A stretch of 19,611 nucleotides of DNA from a bacterium (GTDB taxonomy: Bacteria; SZUA-182; DTGQ01; JAFGSM01): contig JBLIRO010000085.1 of the NCBI GenBank assembly GCA_049472335.1, forward strand, positions 1 to 19,611, given 5' to 3'. The notes beneath the pieces were generated by a model. That model was not told the DNA's origin and did no database searches. It saw nothing but the letters and a program-made list of their open reading frames with translations. Within the stretch, counting starts at the first letter, position 1, and each line of letters begins with the position of its first letter. The translations under genes and the position numbers were made by a program. Shown here in pieces: positions 18,335 through 19,611 of the stretch.

Positions 18335-18515
18335 TGTTCAGGACCTTTTATAAATTGTCTATAATTCTATATAAATACAACTATGAATATCATACAGCAT
18401 ATCAGGAAATATCTTAAAATACCAGTGATATGATATAAATGTCAAGGAGCATTATTTAATGATTATTATAACCCTTTTTTACCGTGCCAAATAATACGGG
18501 TCTAATATTGATATA

Positions 18516-18532
18516 TTGGCATATAAAATGCT
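18516..18532 (+). promoter_or_regulatory. Putative sigma54 (-24/-12) promoter
   Basis: TTGGCATATAAAATGCT with exact GG-N10-GC spacing, ending about 25 nt before ATG 18557. Confidence 0.55.
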
Positions 18533-18556
18533 ATTATAAAAAATAGACGTTACATT

Positions 18557-19611
18557 ATGCAAAACTTTTATCAATTGATTTATAAAAAAGCTATAAAACT
18601 TTCTTCAGCCTTGAATTTATTAAAATTTTGCAGATATTATAATCCTCTGACAAATCATATCAGGACATTCGAGAGGGAAAGATTAACAAAGGACTTTCTT
18701 TTATTTTGTTTTTTTTTCTGTTTTCTATCCCTGACGTCATTTGTACAATCTGCCTATTGTGATTCTGTCCTGATCGAGATGGAGCGGGTCAATAATTCCA
18801 TTCAGGGTATTTTTCAAAAAAGGAACCGTGAAGGTAGAGTTGATGATCAGGATTACAAATGCGCAACGCCGATTATCCATTATGCCCTTAAGCACAGAGA
18901 GCTTCTTTGGCCGGAAAACCGCTTTATACTCTATCGCCCGGATAATCCTTCCTTTTCAAGATATTATTCTCCGGATAGACTTTTAGACTTGACATACGAT
19001 ACTCCTGAAGGGCATTTCAAGATTCACTACACCGAATCGAGATATAATCCAGATACTGTATTTAACTCAGATTATGACTCCTCTACCATCCCTGATTATG
19101 TGAAAAAATATGGCTCATATTTTGAAGATTCATGGGATCATGAGACCAATATTCTGGGATATACCCCCCCTGATTCCGATGGAACCAATGGGGGGGACAG
19201 CAGGTTTGATGTTTATATCAAGGATATAACTTACTATGGCTACACTTCCATAGAGAACGGGCACCCTTATATAGTGGTAGACAACGATTATTCATCTTCT
19301 CAAGAAAATTTCGATCCCAATGGCTCCCGGATTGGAAGTATGAAGGTAACTGCCGCACATGAATTATTCCATGCAATCCAGTTTTTTTATGATGATTGGT
19401 GTGACGGCTGTTTATGGTGGGAAGAAAATACTGCCGTTTGGATGGAAGATGAGGTCTTCGACTATGTAGACGACTACCTTCGTTATCTGAAGGATAGACT
19501 ACTTAATATGGAGCTTCCCCTGGATGATGAAAGGTACATGAGTTCTAAATACGGAGGAGTAATCTGGGCGAAGTTTCTCTCAGAAACCTATGGAAAGGAT
19601 ATAATCCGTGA
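18557..19611 (+). CDS. Putative secreted zinc metalloprotease (MXAN_6640-like), truncated by the window end
   Basis: Frame open from ATG 18557 to the window end (absent from the ORF track). Hydrophobic signal-like stretch, KCATP, HFKIHYT, PDYV, VTAAHELFHAIQF (HEXXH at 19358-19372), WWEENTAVWME (third ligand Glu). True start uncertain. Confidence 0.8.
   Translation, partial: MQNFYQLIYKKAIKLSSALNLLKFCRYYNPLTNHIRTFERERLTKDFLLFCFFFCFLSLTSFVQSAYCDSVLIEMERVNNSIQGIFQKRNREGRVDDQDYKCATPIIHYALKHRELLWPENRFILYRPDNPSFSRYYSPDRLLDLTYDTPEGHFKIHYTESRYNPDTVFNSDYDSSTIPDYVKKYGSYFEDSWDHETNILGYTPPDSDGTNGGDSRFDVYIKDITYYGYTSIENGHPYIVVDNDYSSSQENFDPNGSRIGSMKVTAAHELFHAIQFFYDDWCDGCLWWEENTAVWMEDEVFDYVDDYLRYLKDRLLNMELPLDDERYMSSKYGGVIWAKFLSETYGKDIIR

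Overview
Bacterial chromosomal segment from a diderm organism; the gene order resembles Deltaproteobacteria/Nitrospirae-type lineages (inference). Most of the window is a minus-strand housekeeping and envelope cluster: YidD-domain gene, pgsA-like, lnt, prfB (with the +1 programmed frameshift), lysS, lolC/E, lolD, clpC, bamA. The right end holds an IHF/HU subunit, a stand-alone receiver domain and the 5' part of a secreted HEXXH metalloprotease-like gene behind a sigma54-type promoter. The main feature is a ~5.1 kb insert (8542-13662) that splits the normally adjacent prfB-lysS pair. It is bounded by 31-bp inverted repeats (29/31 identical) built from tandem AAGTGCCTAAAGT units and contains no recognisable transposase or integrase. 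Its cargo is a putative HEPN (RxxxxH) protein, an ABC-type AAA ATPase plus TOPRIM-like (DUF4276-like) pair, a decayed SNF2-helicase 5' remnant absent from the ORF track, a Cys-rich DUF2703-like gene and a 122-bp hairpin element. All family calls come from motif recognition by eye; no searches were run.
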